64,000 bases of DNA from Chiloscyllium plagiosum (Eukaryota): NCBI RefSeq assembly GCF_004010195.1, contig NC_057719.1, forward strand, positions 28,757,309 through 28,821,308, written 5' to 3'. How positions within the stretch are numbered: position 1 is the stretch's first letter; every line of letters starts with the position of its first letter. The notes beneath the pieces are model-generated. The model had not been told where the DNA came from, did not search any database, and saw only the letters and a program-made list of their open reading frames with translations. Both the position numbers and the translations under genes were made by a program. Shown one piece after another: positions 25,290 to 38,304 of this stretch.

Positions 25290-26008
25290 CTTAAATGGGT
25301 GAGAAATTGGGAATTATTAACGTCCAGAGGAACCAGAGTATCCTTGTTTCGATGTCACTGAAAGCTAACATGCAGATGCAGCAAGCAATTAGAAAGGCAA
25401 ATAACATGACATTTCCTACAAGTGGATTTGAGTACGGGAACGAAAATGTCTTCCAAACACTTACAGAACCTTGCAAGACTGCGCCTGGAGTGTTGCATGA
25501 AGTTTGGATCCATACCCAATGAAGAATATAGTTTACATGAAGAGAGAGCAGCAGAGGATCACCCAGCCAATTCCTTGAATGGCAGGAACGTCCTATGAGG
25601 AGTTATCAAGGAGGCTAGGTCTGTACTTCCTACAGTTTCGAAGAATGACAGATGATCCAATTGAAACTTACGCAATTTGCGAAGGGTTATATTGTAAATG
25701 ATAGATGCAAACAGGACAGGGGTGGTGGTGGGGATGGTTTGCTGCCTAAAAACAGTCACCGGATTGGGCAAATCATTTTAGACTGAAACAAAAGTGAATT
25801 TCTTCACTCATAAGGTAGAGAACGTTCTGAATTCTTTATTTTAGCAGACTGTGCTAGCTCAGTCACAGAGTGCATTCAAGACAGAAAATGACAGATTCCT
25901 AGACATGAATGACATCAAGGGAAAGCATGGTGCAGTGCAGAGGTCAATGATCAGCCATGATCTAGAATGGTGGACCAGCTGTGAGGGCTGAAAACGCTGC
26001 TCCCATGT
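25290..26008 (+). mobile_element. Old CR1 3' fragment
   Basis: SLKANMQMQQAIRKAN; tail gatcagccatgatctagaatggtgga. Confidence 0.8.
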
Positions 26009-26177
26009 TCAGCCATCTATTTCCTGGAGGAGCTAATATTATATTTAAGATTCAATTCTGTCTTTAGTTATCATTGCCTTTCAAAACAGCAGTATGTGGT
26101 AGTTTCAAAAATAGAGAACTTTCAATGGATAATGAAAGCGACAGGTCTAGTTTGTTAGAATGCTACTCTTTACTGGG

Positions 26178-26845
26178 TACAGGTTTGCTCGCTGAGTTGG
26201 AAGGTTCAGTTCCAGACGTTTTGTCACCCTGCTAGGCAGCATCTTCAGTGGGCCTCCGGGTGAAGCATTGCTGATAATTCTTGCTTTCTGTTTATATGTT
26301 TGGGTTTCTTTGGGTTGGTGATGTCATTTCCTGTTCTTTTTTCTCAGGGGGCGGTAGATGGATCTGACTCGATGTGTTTGTTGATAGAGTTCTGGTTGGA
26401 ATGCCATGCTTCTAGGAATACTCATGCATCGCTGTTTGGCTTGTCCTAGGATGGACATGTTGCCCCTACATACAGATAAGGAAGAACACCACTCTTACTG
26501 GGACAACACATCCATCCTAGGACAAGCCAAACAGAGACACGCACGAGAATGCCTAGAAGCATGGCATTCCAACTGGACCTCTAACAACAAACAGATAGGC
26601 TCCATCTACCACTCCCTGAGAAAAAGAACATGAAATGACATCACCACAGGAAATGACATCACCAACCCAAAGAAACCCAAACATATAAACAGAAAGCAGG
26701 AATTATCAGCAATGCTTCGCCTGGATACCCACTGAAGATGTTATCTAGTAGGGTGATGAAACATCTGGAAATGAACCTTCCAGCTCAGTGAGCAAACCTA
26801 CATCCAAAACCTCAACCTGAGCTGTAGATCTTCTCAAAACTTGCT
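26178..26845. mobile_element. Poseidon-like PLE fold-back element (family B)
   Basis: Left arm aggtttgctcgctgagttggaaggttc... is inverted to right arm ...gaaccttccagctcagtgagcaaacct; hammerhead motifs on both strands (about 26211-26250 minus, 26729-26768 plus). Confidence 0.92.
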
Positions 26846-27529
26846 AATCTATACGGCTGGAACTGGAATTTGATATTCTGGTCAATTGGGACAAGTGCTA
26901 CCATTCTCAAAATACCTAGTGGAAAGAAGAACAGCCCCAGTTCTAGTTTCCAGGTGGGTTTCAGCACATATACTGGATTTTGAAAACATTTTTGTGTCGC
27001 ATCTAATTGTGATTTATCAAATTGCTCCAATATAGAGCAGAAAAATGAAAACTACTTTGCTGGGAGTGGCAAGGAAGATGGGCTCAAAATTAACCATTAA
27101 TTGGCAAGCTATTTTAATATAGGTTAATAGATATTTTAAAAACTACAGTTCAAAATGAAAATGTTATCAAATCCAAAAATACAATGTTCAACTTATGTTT
27201 ATCTGAATTGTTGCTTTGTAATTCACTTACAGGTACTGAACACTTCTTATTACAGGATCACACACATACCAATTACCTAACTATTAGTTTCTTGAGAAAT
27301 ATATTGAATTGTGTGACAGTTGAAAATACCACCCTTATCCTATAATAAATTACAGGCACACAAGAATTCAATGACTAGTACTGTTAAATTAAATCTACGA
27401 AAGGACAGGAAAGTGAAACAGCTCAATTTTTTAATGGAGTAAAATGTACCTTTAATTTGCGTCCTATGAAGATGGCCTGCTTTATCGTGAATTTCAAAAC
27501 CTGATAGATGATTAATAGGTTTCATTTAA

Positions 27530-27875
27530 ATCTGCAAAATTCTTAAAAGAATAAATTGATGCAGACAAAATGTTTCCTCTGCTCAAGAGTCCAAAACCAG
27601 GGACCCAATTTCAAAATAATGGGCAAGTCACATAGGACCAAAATTTTACTGAAGAGGGTTGTGAATCTTTGACATGCTTTAGCCTCAAGGGTGAAGAGAG
27701 GTCAGTCACTGAGTATGTTTAAAAGTAGAAATTGATAGATTTCTAAATACAAATGACATAAAGAGATATGTGGATAATGTGGGAAAGGAATTGAAGTGCA
27801 TGATCAGCCATGATCAAACTGAATGGTACAGCAGGTGGAATAGGCTGAATGACCCACTCCTGCTCTTATATTCAT
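27530..27875 (+). mobile_element. Old CR1 3' end
   Basis: gagggttgtgaatcttt...gatcagccatgatcaaactgaatgg...actcctgctcttat. Confidence 0.78.
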
Positions 27876-28824
27876 AAGGCACTTAGAAAATCAATTTAAG
27901 TTAACCACCTAATAAAGCGCCATCAGTTAAAGAGAAGTGTGTTTGGCAAGTAACTAGTGAATATTTAAGTTTATATTCTAATCAATAGAAGCATGATAGG
28001 ACAATTCAAATCTGTGGGGTCTACAAATTATTCCAAGTGAGAACTTGCAGAGAATTCTCATGTCCTAGACAATATGATGATATAAGGTCAAGGTTTACAT
28101 GATTATTATTCTTTCATATTGTCTCTTTAACTTAAAGGTAACATGAAGGGAGTCAAGTGGTCTATACAAAAGATTTGCCTAAAAGGAAACCTTGGAGTTT
28201 GATTATTAGAGATTATCCTGAATGATATGCATGAAAATCCACTGGCATGACTAGCCTGCCAGGATTCAGAAGTGGAGGAACAGTCATGGCTGGCAAAATG
28301 CAGTGACTCGCCATGCAGGAATGCAAGTTGGGGGTTACGTTCAAATTAAAATGACAGAATTAACTAGGACATAGTCATAGAGTGGTACAGCATGGAAACA
28401 GACCCTTTGATCCAACTCATCCATGCCGTCCAGATATCATGAATAAATTGAGTCCCATTTGCCAGCACTTGGCCCATATCCCTCTAAACCCTTCCTATTC
28501 ATATACCCATCCAGATGCCCTTTAAATGCTGTAATTGTACCAGCCTCCACCACTTCCTCTGGCAACTCATTCCATACACGCACCACCTTTTGAGTGAAAA
28601 AGTTGTCCCTTAGGTTCCTTTTAAATCTTTTCCCTCTCACCCTGAACCTATGCCCTCTAGTTCTGGAATCCCCCAAACAAGGGAAAAGACCTTGTCTATT
28701 TATCCTATCCATGCCCCTCATGATTTTATAAACCTCTATAAGGTCACCCCTCAGCCTCTGTTGCTCCACAAATACCATGATGTGGAGGTGCCGGTGTTGA
28801 ACTGGGATGGACAAAGTTAAAAAT

Positions 28825-31800
28825 GGATGTAGGTTTGCTCGCTGAGCTGAAAGGTTCATTTCCAGACATTTTGTTACTTTACTAGGTAACATCTTCAGGA
28901 GCTGAAAAATGTGTTGCTGGAAACAAAGCAATGCTGAAAATTCCTGCTTTCTATTTATATGTTTGGGTTTCTTTGGGTTGGTGATGTCATTTCCTGTGGT
29001 GATTTTTTCCTGTGATGAAGTCACTTCCTGTTCCTTTTCTCAAGGGGTGGTCGATGGGGTCTAACTCGATGTGTTTGTTGATAGAATTCCAGTTGGACTG
29101 TCATGCTTCTAGGAATTCTCATGCATGTCTTTGTTTGGCTTGTCCTAGGATGGATGTATTGTCCCAGTCGAAGTGGTGTCCTTCGTTATTCCGTATGTGA
29201 GGATACTAGTGAGAGAGGGTCATGTATTTTTGTGACTAGTTGGTGTTCATGTGTCCTGGTGGCTACTCTCTGCCTGTTTGTGCAATGTAGTGTTTGCTAC
29301 AGTCCTTGCACAATATTTTGTAAATGATGTTAGTTTTGCTCATTGTCTGTATAGGATCTTTCAAGTTCATTAGTTGCTGTTTTAGTGTGTTGGTGTTTTT
29401 GTGGGCGACCATGATGCCAAGGGGTCTCAGTAGTCTGGCAGTCATTTCTGAGATGTCTTTGATATAGGGGCGAGTGGCTAGGGTGTCTGAACGTGTTTTG
29501 CGTGCTTGTTTGGGTTTGTTGCTGAGAAATCAGTGGATTGTGTTCATTGGTTACCCATTCTTTTTGAATACACTGTATAGGTGATTTTCCTCTGCTCTGC
29601 ATAGTTCCTCTGTGCTGCAGTGTGTTGGCTCGTTGAAATAATGTTCTGATGCAGCTTCGTTTGTCAGTGTTGGGGTGATTGCTTCTGTAGTTCAATATTT
29701 GGTTTGTATGTGTTGTTTTTTTGTAGACACTGGTTTGAAGTTGCCCATTGGCTGTTCGCTCTACTGTAACATCTAGGAATGGCAGTTTGTTGTTGTTTTC
29801 CTCCTCTTTCGTGAATTTTATGCCAGTAAGGGTATTATTGATGGGCTTGAAGGTTTCCTCTAACTTGGTTCATTTAGTGATGACAAAGGTGTCATCCACA
29901 TAGCGGACCCAGAGTTTGGGATGGATGGTTGGCAGGGCTGTTTGCTCAAGTCTCTACATTACTGCCTCTGCTAAGAACCCTGATATCGGAGATGTTACCT
30001 AGTAAGGTAACAAAATGTCTGGAAATGAACATTTCAGCTCAGCGAGCAAACCTACATCTAAAACCTCAACCTAAGCTACAAATCTTCTCAAAACTCGCTA
30101 AGACCTATGGGCGCAATACGCTAAAACTAGCCCAAAAATGGGAAACTAATGCCATCCGACAGAGCGCCACCCACGAACAGCTGTACTTCCTACACGAATG
30201 CCAAAGGAAACAGGTACTACCTAAATGTCTTCAACACAAATCTCCCCTTAACACCCCACTCGCCGTAAGAGTAGCAGAGCAAAACGGCCGCAGAATGCTC
30301 AGAGAAATGATTAATGATGCCCACAACAGACTCCGTAAATACAACCGGGAAATTTTGCATCAAAAATCTCAACTCAGTCATGCAACAGACCATGAATGGA
30401 CAAACACAGTACAACAAGCCATAGATAGTAGACAATGACAAACACAGAAAATAAAAAAACTAGACAAACTTACACAAAGTAACAACAATGACAACACAGA
30501 AGCATGGATAAAAAACTTATCTGACCGACCCTTAACAGACACTGAAAAAAGCCTTATTAAATTACAACTGCCAGGATACAGACAAAAAGGATTTCTTAGT
30601 AGCACTAGAAACAACACTAAAAGACACTAAGAAACAACACTAAAAAACTCACAGAGGAAACCCAACAATCCATCAGACAAGCAGTCGTACCAACATTAAA
30701 CAGAAAGAAGGAAGGAAACACACTCAATACACAAGAAAGGAAAGCACTGGAAAGACTAAAAAAAATAAAAACACTGTTATTCTACTGCAGACAAAGGACG
30801 CTTGACAGTCATTCTAAATCGAAGAGACGACATTGAAAAAGCAAACGCACTACTTACAGATAGCAACACTTACTAACAAGTAACGATAGACCCGACCCCA
30901 CAACTAGAGAACTGAATCACAGCCCTACTCAAAAAACTTCAGAAATTTGGACAAATAAATAAGACTGACTTCCAAAAAATGAAACCAGACAGATCCAACA
31001 CACCACGCTTCTACAGATTATCCAAAATTCACAAACCAGGAGCGCCCCACCACCCCGCGCCGACCCGTAGTCTAGCTACCTGGAACACCAAATTACAGAT
31101 TGGCCAAGGAACTACACCAAAGACTAAAACACTTAGTAGAAGGCTCACGCCACTCCACCCAAGAATTCCTGAGGACCATCAAAGACATTAAGATAGAAGA
31201 GGATGAAATAATGGTCTGCTTACAGACAAACCAATGGAACACCCATGGGATCTCTGATATCAGGGTTCTTAGCAGAGGCAGTAATGTAGAGACTTGAGCA
31301 AACAGCTCTGCCAACCATCCATCCCAAATTCTGGGTCTGCTACGTGGATGACATCTTTGTTATCACTAACCAAAACAAGTTAGAGGAAACCTTCAAGCCC
31401 ATCAATAATACCCTTACTGGCATAAAATTCACGAAAGAGGAGGAAAACAACAACAAACGGCCATTCCTAGATGTTACAGTAGAGCGAACAGCCAATGGGC
31501 AACTTCAAACCACCGTCTACAGAAAAACAACACTTACAAACCAAATATCGAACTACAGAAGCAATCACCCCAACACCGACAAACTAAGCTGCATCAGAAC
31601 ATTATTTCAACGAGCCAACGCACTGCAGCACAGAGGAACTATGCAGAGCAGAGGAAAATCACCTATACAATGTATTCAAAAAGAATGGGTACCTAATGAA
31701 CACAATCCACCGATTTCTCAGCAACAAACCCAAACAAGCACGCAAAACACATTCAGACACCCTAGCCACTCTCCCCTACATCAAAGACTTCGCGGAAATG

Positions 31801-32445
31801 ACTGCCAGACTACTCAGACACCTTGGTATCTTGGTAGCCCACAAACCCACCAACACACTAAAACAGCAGCTAATGAACTTGAAAGACTCTATACAGACAA
31901 TGAGCAAAACTAACGTCACTTACAAAATAGCGTGCAAGGACTGTAACAAACACTACATTGCACAAACAGGCAGAAAACTAGCCACCAGGATACATGAACA
32001 CCAACTAGCCACAAAAAGACATGACCCTCTCTCATAGTATCCTCATATACAGATGAGGAAGGACATCACTTCGACTGGGACAATACATCCATCCTAGGAC
32101 AAGCCAAACAAAGACATGCACGAGAATTCCTAGAAGCATGACATTCCAACTGGAATTCTAACAACAAACACATCGAGTTAGACCCCATCTACCACCTCCT
32201 GAGAAAAGGAACAGGAGTGACTTCATCACAGGAAATAACATCACCACAGGAAATGACATCACCAATCCAAAGAAACCCAAACATATAAATAGAAAGCAGG
32301 AATTTTCAGCATTGCTTCGCGTGAGATCTACTGAAGATGTTACCTAGTAAGGTAACGAAATGTCTGGAAATGAACCTTTCAGCTCAGCAAGCAAACTTAC
32401 ATCCAAACCCTCAACCTGAGCTACAAATCTTCTCAAAACTCGCCA
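28825..32445 (+). mobile_element. Near full-length Poseidon-like PLE (family B) with inverted 5' segment
   Basis: Decayed ORF about 30050-32220: HEQLYFLHECQRKQVLPKCL, ADKGRLTVILN, TPRFYRLSKIHKPG, TNGTPMGS, YVDDIFVI, NHPNT..SCIRTLFQRA, NVTYKIACKDCNKHYIAQTGRKL. 28825-29993 is an inverted copy of about 31250-32404. 12-bp TSD aaagttaaaaat (28813-28824 / 32446-32457). Confidence 0.95.
32328..32367 (+). ncRNA. Minimal hammerhead ribozyme motif (PLE family B)
   Basis: CUA-CUGAAGA-U-GUUACC-UAGUAA-GGUAAC-GAAA-UG-UC-UGG; perfect 6-bp stem II, intact core. Confidence 0.72.
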
Positions 32446-33703
32446 AAAGTTAAAAATCACACAACACCAGGGTATAGTCTAATAGGTTTATTTGAAAGTA
32501 CTAGCTTTCAGTGCACTGCTAACCTCACACCGTTAATACATTTCTGAGCTGGGACATCACCTTTTTTTTATATAAAACATTAAGTTATTTCAAGAATGTA
32601 ACTTAAAAGAACTTCTGAGATTTATATATTAATGAACCAAAACCTGCAACCCATTCTAAAAGATGAAAGACTTAACAGCAATCTAGGTTTGTTCAATATA
32701 TCATTTAATTGCATGATACTAAGACCTTTTGCTATAAATTCTGTGTCTTATGATCCTGCCCCACAAGTTACCTGATGAAGGAGCAGTGCTCTGAAAGCTA
32801 ATATTTCCAAATAAACTGTTGGACTATAACCTGCTGTTGTCTGATTTTTAACTCGCTCCAGGGAAAACAGCCCCAGCCTATTCAGCATCTCCCTACAGCT
32901 CAAATCCTCAAATCCCGGGCAAAATCCTTGTAAATCTTTTTTGCCTCGCTTGTACTAGGGAACAAGTTCAAAGGAAAAAACTCATTGTGAAGGAAACAGC
33001 TAAGAATTCCCAGGACTCATTCCAAGAGAACCAGATACCTACTTAAAGGGCAGTGTAATGCATCTTCATGAAGTATATTTTAGTTAGGCTAAAAAGTGGA
33101 AGGTTCTGTTTTGTGAATTAAAGTAGAGGGTGCCTATAAAAAAATTGCTTATTCAATAGAATTTTTAGCTTTTCACTCGAGCAAATCCCATAAATCATGA
33201 AATCGCACTACATTAATCAACCAAATAATAACTGAACTTTTAAAAATAAATTTAAACTTCATCAACCCATACTGACACCATGAAAATGTTCAAGAGGAGT
33301 GATTCAGCTCCGGCAGCTTGATCTCTGGATATCTAAGCAGCAGCTGGCATCATGTGGCACTGTATGAGAGTTCCATGGATAGTTCATTTATAAATATGGT
33401 CACCTGCAGTTTAATATAATGCAGATACAGGAGGAACGGATAATTGCCAAGCAGTAAAGGAGGACCAGTTCAGAAGTCCTAGGAAGGCATTTCACTCTCC
33501 AACAGTATTCCATTTTGACTGGTGATAACACCAATTGGTCCTCTGGAAGGTGCAGCCAGAGTCTAGCCCACTGTAGGATTAGCTGACAGACAGAAGGAAG
33601 ATTGAGAAAGCAACAGTCATCGGCTATTTTACAAGCAAGGGTATGGACAGGCATAGCTGCAGCGCTAAACATGGTTCCATATTGTTTGCTGCCTTCTAAT
33701 CAC

Positions 33704-34850
33704 AAGACCATAAGAAATAGCAACAGGAGTAGGCCCCTCAAGCTTGCTCCACCATTCAACAGGATCATGGGCTGATCCAACATTCCACGCATCCATCTTC
33801 CTGCCCTCTCCCATAACTCTTAACTCCTCTACTGATCAAGCATCTATTTACCTTAGTCTTAACTATACAGAAAGACTCTTGACTCTACAACTCTCTGTAG
33901 GAGAGTTCCAAAGATTCTCACTCTTCAGAGAAGAAATTCCTCACTTCTTGGTACCCCTTAATTCTGAGACTGTTCACTCCAGTCCTAGACTCTCCCATGA
34001 GGGAAACAAGTTCTCAGCATTTATCCTGTCAAGCCCCTTAAGAATCTTATGGCTTCTAAATTCCAATGTGTACAGTCCCAACCTATTTAAACTTTGCTCA
34101 TAAGACAATCCTTCCTTCCGATCATTCAAGTAAACTTTCTCTTTACTGCCTCCAACAAAATATATACTTTTAAAATAATGGAACCAAACTGCTCACAGTA
34201 CTCCAGATGTGATCTTACCAATAACTTGTATGGTTGCAGTAAGATTTCCCTACTCTTTTACTCCAACCCCCTTGAAATAAGGACCAACACTCCATTAGCC
34301 TATTTACTCACTCCACCTGTACGCCAGCTTTCTGTGTTTTGTCATAAGTAATCCCAAATCCCTTTGTGTTGCAGCTTTCTGCAGATTTTTCTCTAGTTAA
34401 TGTTGTTCATTTACATACACATTTACATTTACTGCACATTTTCCCACATTATACTCCATTTGTCAATTTCTTACCCACTTACTTAACCTACTAATATCCC
34501 TCTATAGATTATTTGTATCTCCCTGACAATCTGCATTTATATTTTTGGTATTTCTTGTCATCTGCAAATTTGGCCACAGTACATTCACTTCCATGCTCTA
34601 AGTCATTAATGCATTCTGTAAACAGCCGTAGTCCAAGCAATGGAACCTCAATGCTCATTGGTCGCCAACCTGAAAAAGAACCTCTTATCCCCACTTGCTG
34701 TTCCTTGTCCATGACTTAATTCTCTATCTACGATAATATACTACCTCCGACACTGAACTCTTATCTCATGACAACACATCAACTAAATCCCCTCGATCCA
34801 CTCTGGTTGAAATTTCCTGGAAAAACCTCTAATAAATTAGTCAGACACAT
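33704..34850 (-). mobile_element. CR1 RT-to-3' fragment
   Basis: QQVGIRGSFSGWRP..LLGLRLFTECINDLEHGSECTVAKFADD; reversed tail cacaagaccataagaaatagcaacaggagtaggcc. Confidence 0.88.
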
Positions 34851-35359
34851 TCTGGTGCCAGAATTAAGGATATCCTTAAACACCAAGCAGATGTAGTCTA
34901 AAGTAGTATTAATGATACAGGTTGAAAGAAGGATGGGATATGGGGTCCTCAAAGTTTAAGGAATTAGGTAACAAAGTGGCAAACAGCACCTTAAAAGATA
35001 GTAATCTCGGAATTATTCCTTGTGCCATATGCTAGACAGTAGGAAATTAGAAAGATGGAGTAACTGAATGTAGTTGGAAGCATGGTGCAAGTGGGAAAGC
35101 TCTAATTTCCTGGGATCTAGGACCTATACAGCCTGGACAAGTTGTACTTAAACAGAGCTGGATCAACTGTACTTGGGGAGTGATTTGCTTGTGCAATTGG
35201 AGAGCATTTTCACTAACTGGACAGGGAGCGTGAGAGCCACAGGAAACATTACAGAGCAAAACCTAAGAAGCACAGAGAAGTGGGAGAGATGGATAATGCA
35301 ACACTAGGAAAAATTAAGGTTTTTGGTGGATAACCGTAACAAAGAAGGTATTCTAATCT

Positions 35360-36030
35360 GAAGGATGATAGATTGCAAAAAAAGGGAGGTGCAACAAGAC
35401 CTAGATAACCAGGTAGGTGCAGCAGGTGACGAAGGTGGCAGATTATATGCTGGCTTTCATAGCCGGAGAATTTGAGTGCAGGAGCACAGGCGTCTTATTG
35501 CAATTGTACAAATCTTAATAAGACCACACCTGGAGTATTGCAAATAGTTCTGGTCTCTTTATCGGTGGAAGAATGTACTGGCTATAGAAGGAGTGCAACA
35601 AAGTTTTATCACGCTGATTTCTGCGATAGCAGGAATTACAAATGAGGAGAGACTGGATTAGGTTATATTATATTCACCAAAGTTTAGAATAATGAAAGGG
35701 GGATCTCATAGAAACCTACAAAATTCTAAAAGCACTAGACAGGGTAAATGCAAGAAGGATATTCCCAGGACATCCAGAACCAGGGATCACAGGGTAATGA
35801 TATAGGATAAATCATTTAGCACTGAGAGCAGCAGAAATTTCTTCACCCAAAGAATGGCGAGCCTATGGAATTCTCTGGCACAGAAACTGGTTGAGGCCAA
35901 AATATTGAATATTTTCAAAGAGGAGTTAGGTATTGTTATTAAGAATAAAGGGATCAAAAGATGTGGAGAGAAAGCAGGTACAGAGTTGGCTGATCAGCCA
36001 TGATCATTATTCAATGGTGAAGCAGGCATG
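35360..36030 (+). mobile_element. CR1 3' fragment
   Basis: agaccacacctggagtattg (RPHLEYC); gggggatctcatagaaacctacaaaattct; tail gatcagccatgatcattattcaatgg. Confidence 0.85.
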
Positions 36031-36629
36031 ACCAAAACATAGGAGTGCCATTACATTGTTGGGCATATTCTGTAGGTCTGTGGGGAAGATACAGAGGTAC
36101 CAATCTGCAAGGAAATTACAGAGGTGACAGAATTATAGGGCTGTTATAAAGGGGGCATTATTACTATTCCAGGCAGTATTTGGATAATTAAAGGGCAGAA
36201 AGAGACAAAAGTTTCCAGTGTATTCAAGAGAAATTTTCTAGTGTGTTTCCTGTCCTTAGACAAAGGAGGCAGTGTTCCATCTGGTTCTAAGAAATCAGAC
36301 GGATCAAGTGTTAGTAAAGGTACATTTAGGTGACAGTGATCAATGTATCACAAGGTTTTGGTTGGTTATGGAAATGAACAAGTAGTATAATAACTTGGGA
36401 ATGGCCAACTTCAATGGAGAATTAATTTGGTAAATTGGAATAAAAATTTAGCATGCAAAACTAATAACAACAGGATGTTTTTGTGGAGGAGTTTATTAAT
36501 GTACAGTCAAATATATTCTCACAAGACGACAGGTAGGACAAACAAATCCAGAATCCTCTGGCTGATTAAAGAGCATGAAAAAGAGGAAACTGTTAAATAT
36601 TGTGAATCAAATTAGCCAATGACTCTGTT

Positions 36630-37175
36630 CTGCAACGGTCGATCCTCAGGAGATGGCAAAGGTGGATCATCCATTCAGCTCATCTTCTCATTTGCACACA
36701 TATTCTAGGTTACAATTAGTTAGTTAATCATCAACCACTATTCATGACTAGATATGATAGGATTGCGGAGTTTTGAACTGATTTATTGGTTACAGGATTG
36801 CTTGGTTCGGTATTCAGAATGGGGTTTAGCATGTGTGTAGTTTTACACTGTAGCTGCAACAGGCTGGTGCCTGTTTTGGTATAGCTGTTGTTGTTCATGG
36901 GGTCATCTTTGACACTCTTCACTTGTCCATACCTTGACAATAATAGCAGAATGTGGAATGTGCCCAGTTATGAAGTTACATATTGCTGTGAAATGCATTT
37001 CTGCTGATGACGCACTGTGCCTCATGGGATGCTCAGTCTTGAGCTGGTCTGAATTTGTCCCATTTAGAATGTTAGTAGAACAATGTAATACAAAAGACTA
37101 AGTGACAACATAATGAAGAACGTCCTCAGTGTGAAGAAGGGACTTCATCTCCAGAAGAACTCTACAGTTGGTACT
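36630..37175 (-). mobile_element. Decayed LINE 5'/endonuclease fragment (CR1/L2 group)
   Basis: Decayed motifs on the reverse strand (ctaaatgggacaaattcagaccagctcaagactgag; aggtatggacaagtgaagag). Family assigned by resemblance only. Confidence 0.45.
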
Positions 37176-37445
37176 CATTTCATTTAGGGTGTAGGTTTGA
37201 TATCCAGACGTTTCATTACCTGGCTAGGTAACATCATTAGTGGCGACCTCCAAGTGAAGCAAAGCTGTTGTCTCCTGCTTTCTATTTATATCTTTCTCCT
37301 GGATGGGGTTCCTGGTGTTTGTGGTGACATCATTTCCTGTTCGTTTTCTGAGGGGTTGATAAATGGTATCTAGATCTATGTGTTTCTTTATGGCGTTGTG
37401 GTTGGAGTGCCAGGCCTCTAGGAATTCTCTGGCATGTCTTTGCTT

Positions 37446-38073
37446 NNNNNNNNNNNNNNNNNNNNNNNNNNNNNNNNNNNNNNNNNNNNNNNNNNNNNNN
37501 NNNNNNNNNNNNNNNNNNNNNNNNNNNNNNNNNNNNNNNNNNNNNNNNNNNNNNNNNNNNNNNNNNNNNNNNNNNNNNNNNNNNNNNNNNNNNNNNNNNN
37601 NNNNNNNNNNNNNNNNNNNNNNNNNNNNNNNNNNNNNNNNNNNNNNNNNNNNNNNNNNNNNNNNNNNNNNNNNNNNNNNNNNNNNNNNNNNNNNNNNNNN
37701 NNNNNNNNNNNNNNNNNNNNNNNNNNNNNNNNNNNNNNNNNNNNNNNNNNNNNNNNNNNNNNNNNNNNNNNNNNNNNNNNNNNNNNNNNNNNNNNNNNNN
37801 NNNNNNNNNNNNNNNNNNNNNNNNNNNNNNNNNNNNNNNNNNNNNNNNNNNNNNNNNNNNNNNNNNNNNNNNNNNNNNNNNNNNNNNNNNNNNNNNNNNN
37901 NNNNNNNNNNNNNNNNNNNNNNNNNNNNNNNNNNNNNNNNNNNNNNNNNNNNNNNNNNNNNNNNNNNNNNNNNNNNNNNNNNNNNNNNNNNNNNNNNNNN
38001 NNNNNNNNNNNNNNNNNNNNNNNNNNNNNNNNNNNNNNNNNNNNNNNNNNNNNNNNNNNNNNNNNNNNNNNNN
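37446..38073. other. Assembly gap (628 N)
   Basis: Run of n. Confidence 1.
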
Positions 38074-38264
38074 TGCCAGAGAATTCCTAGAGGCCTGGCA
38101 CTCCAACCACAACGCCATAAACAAACACATAGATCTAGATACCATCTATCAACCCCTCAGAAAATGAACAGGAAATGACATCACAACAATCCCCAGGAAC
38201 CCCATCCAAGACAAACATATAAATAGAAAGCAGGAGACAACAGCTTTGCTTCACTTGGAGGTCG

Positions 38265-38304
38265 CCACTGATGATGTTACCTAGCCAGGTAATGAAACGT
38301 CTGG
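38265..38304 (+). ncRNA. Minimal hammerhead ribozyme motif (PLE family B variant)
   Basis: CCA-CUGAUGA-U-GUUACC-UAGCCA-GGUAAU-GAAA-CG-UC-UGG: intact core, GUC cleavage triplet, palindromic ACGU, stem I CCA/UGG. Confidence 0.78.

Larger units (their letters stand above)
28772..32852. mobile_element. PLE family A fold-back element (28772-28824 + 32446-32852) split by a family B insertion
   Basis: catgatgtggaggtgccggtgttgaactgggatggacaaagttaaaaat | cacacaacaccagggtatagtc; hammerhead UAC-CUGAUGA-A-GGAGC-AGU-GCUCU-GAAA-GC-UA at 32769-32803. Confidence 0.85.
28370..32942 (-). mobile_element. CR1 3' fragment (28370-28768 + 32853-32942) split by nested PLEs
   Basis: QRLRGDLIEVYKIMRGMDRINRQGLFP; sequence resumes at 32853 (gctccagggaaaacagccccagcc) with gctcca duplicated on both sides of the insertion. 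Confidence 0.9.
33290..36600 (+). mobile_element. Old CR1 5' portion (ORF1 esterase region about 34900-35220, endonuclease region about 36040-36600) split by younger CR1s
   Basis: 34960-35110 reads as decayed ..VISELFLVPYAR..RK..*LNV..EAWCKWESSNFL (CR1 ORF1 SGNH-like); 36270-36345 aggcagtgttccatctggttcta...catttaggtgacagtgatca (EN LDLVL..HLGDSDH). Confidence 0.6.

Noticed and set aside
37330..38178. 218-271 aa ORFs in the ORF track
   Set aside because: Artefacts of translating through the N gap.
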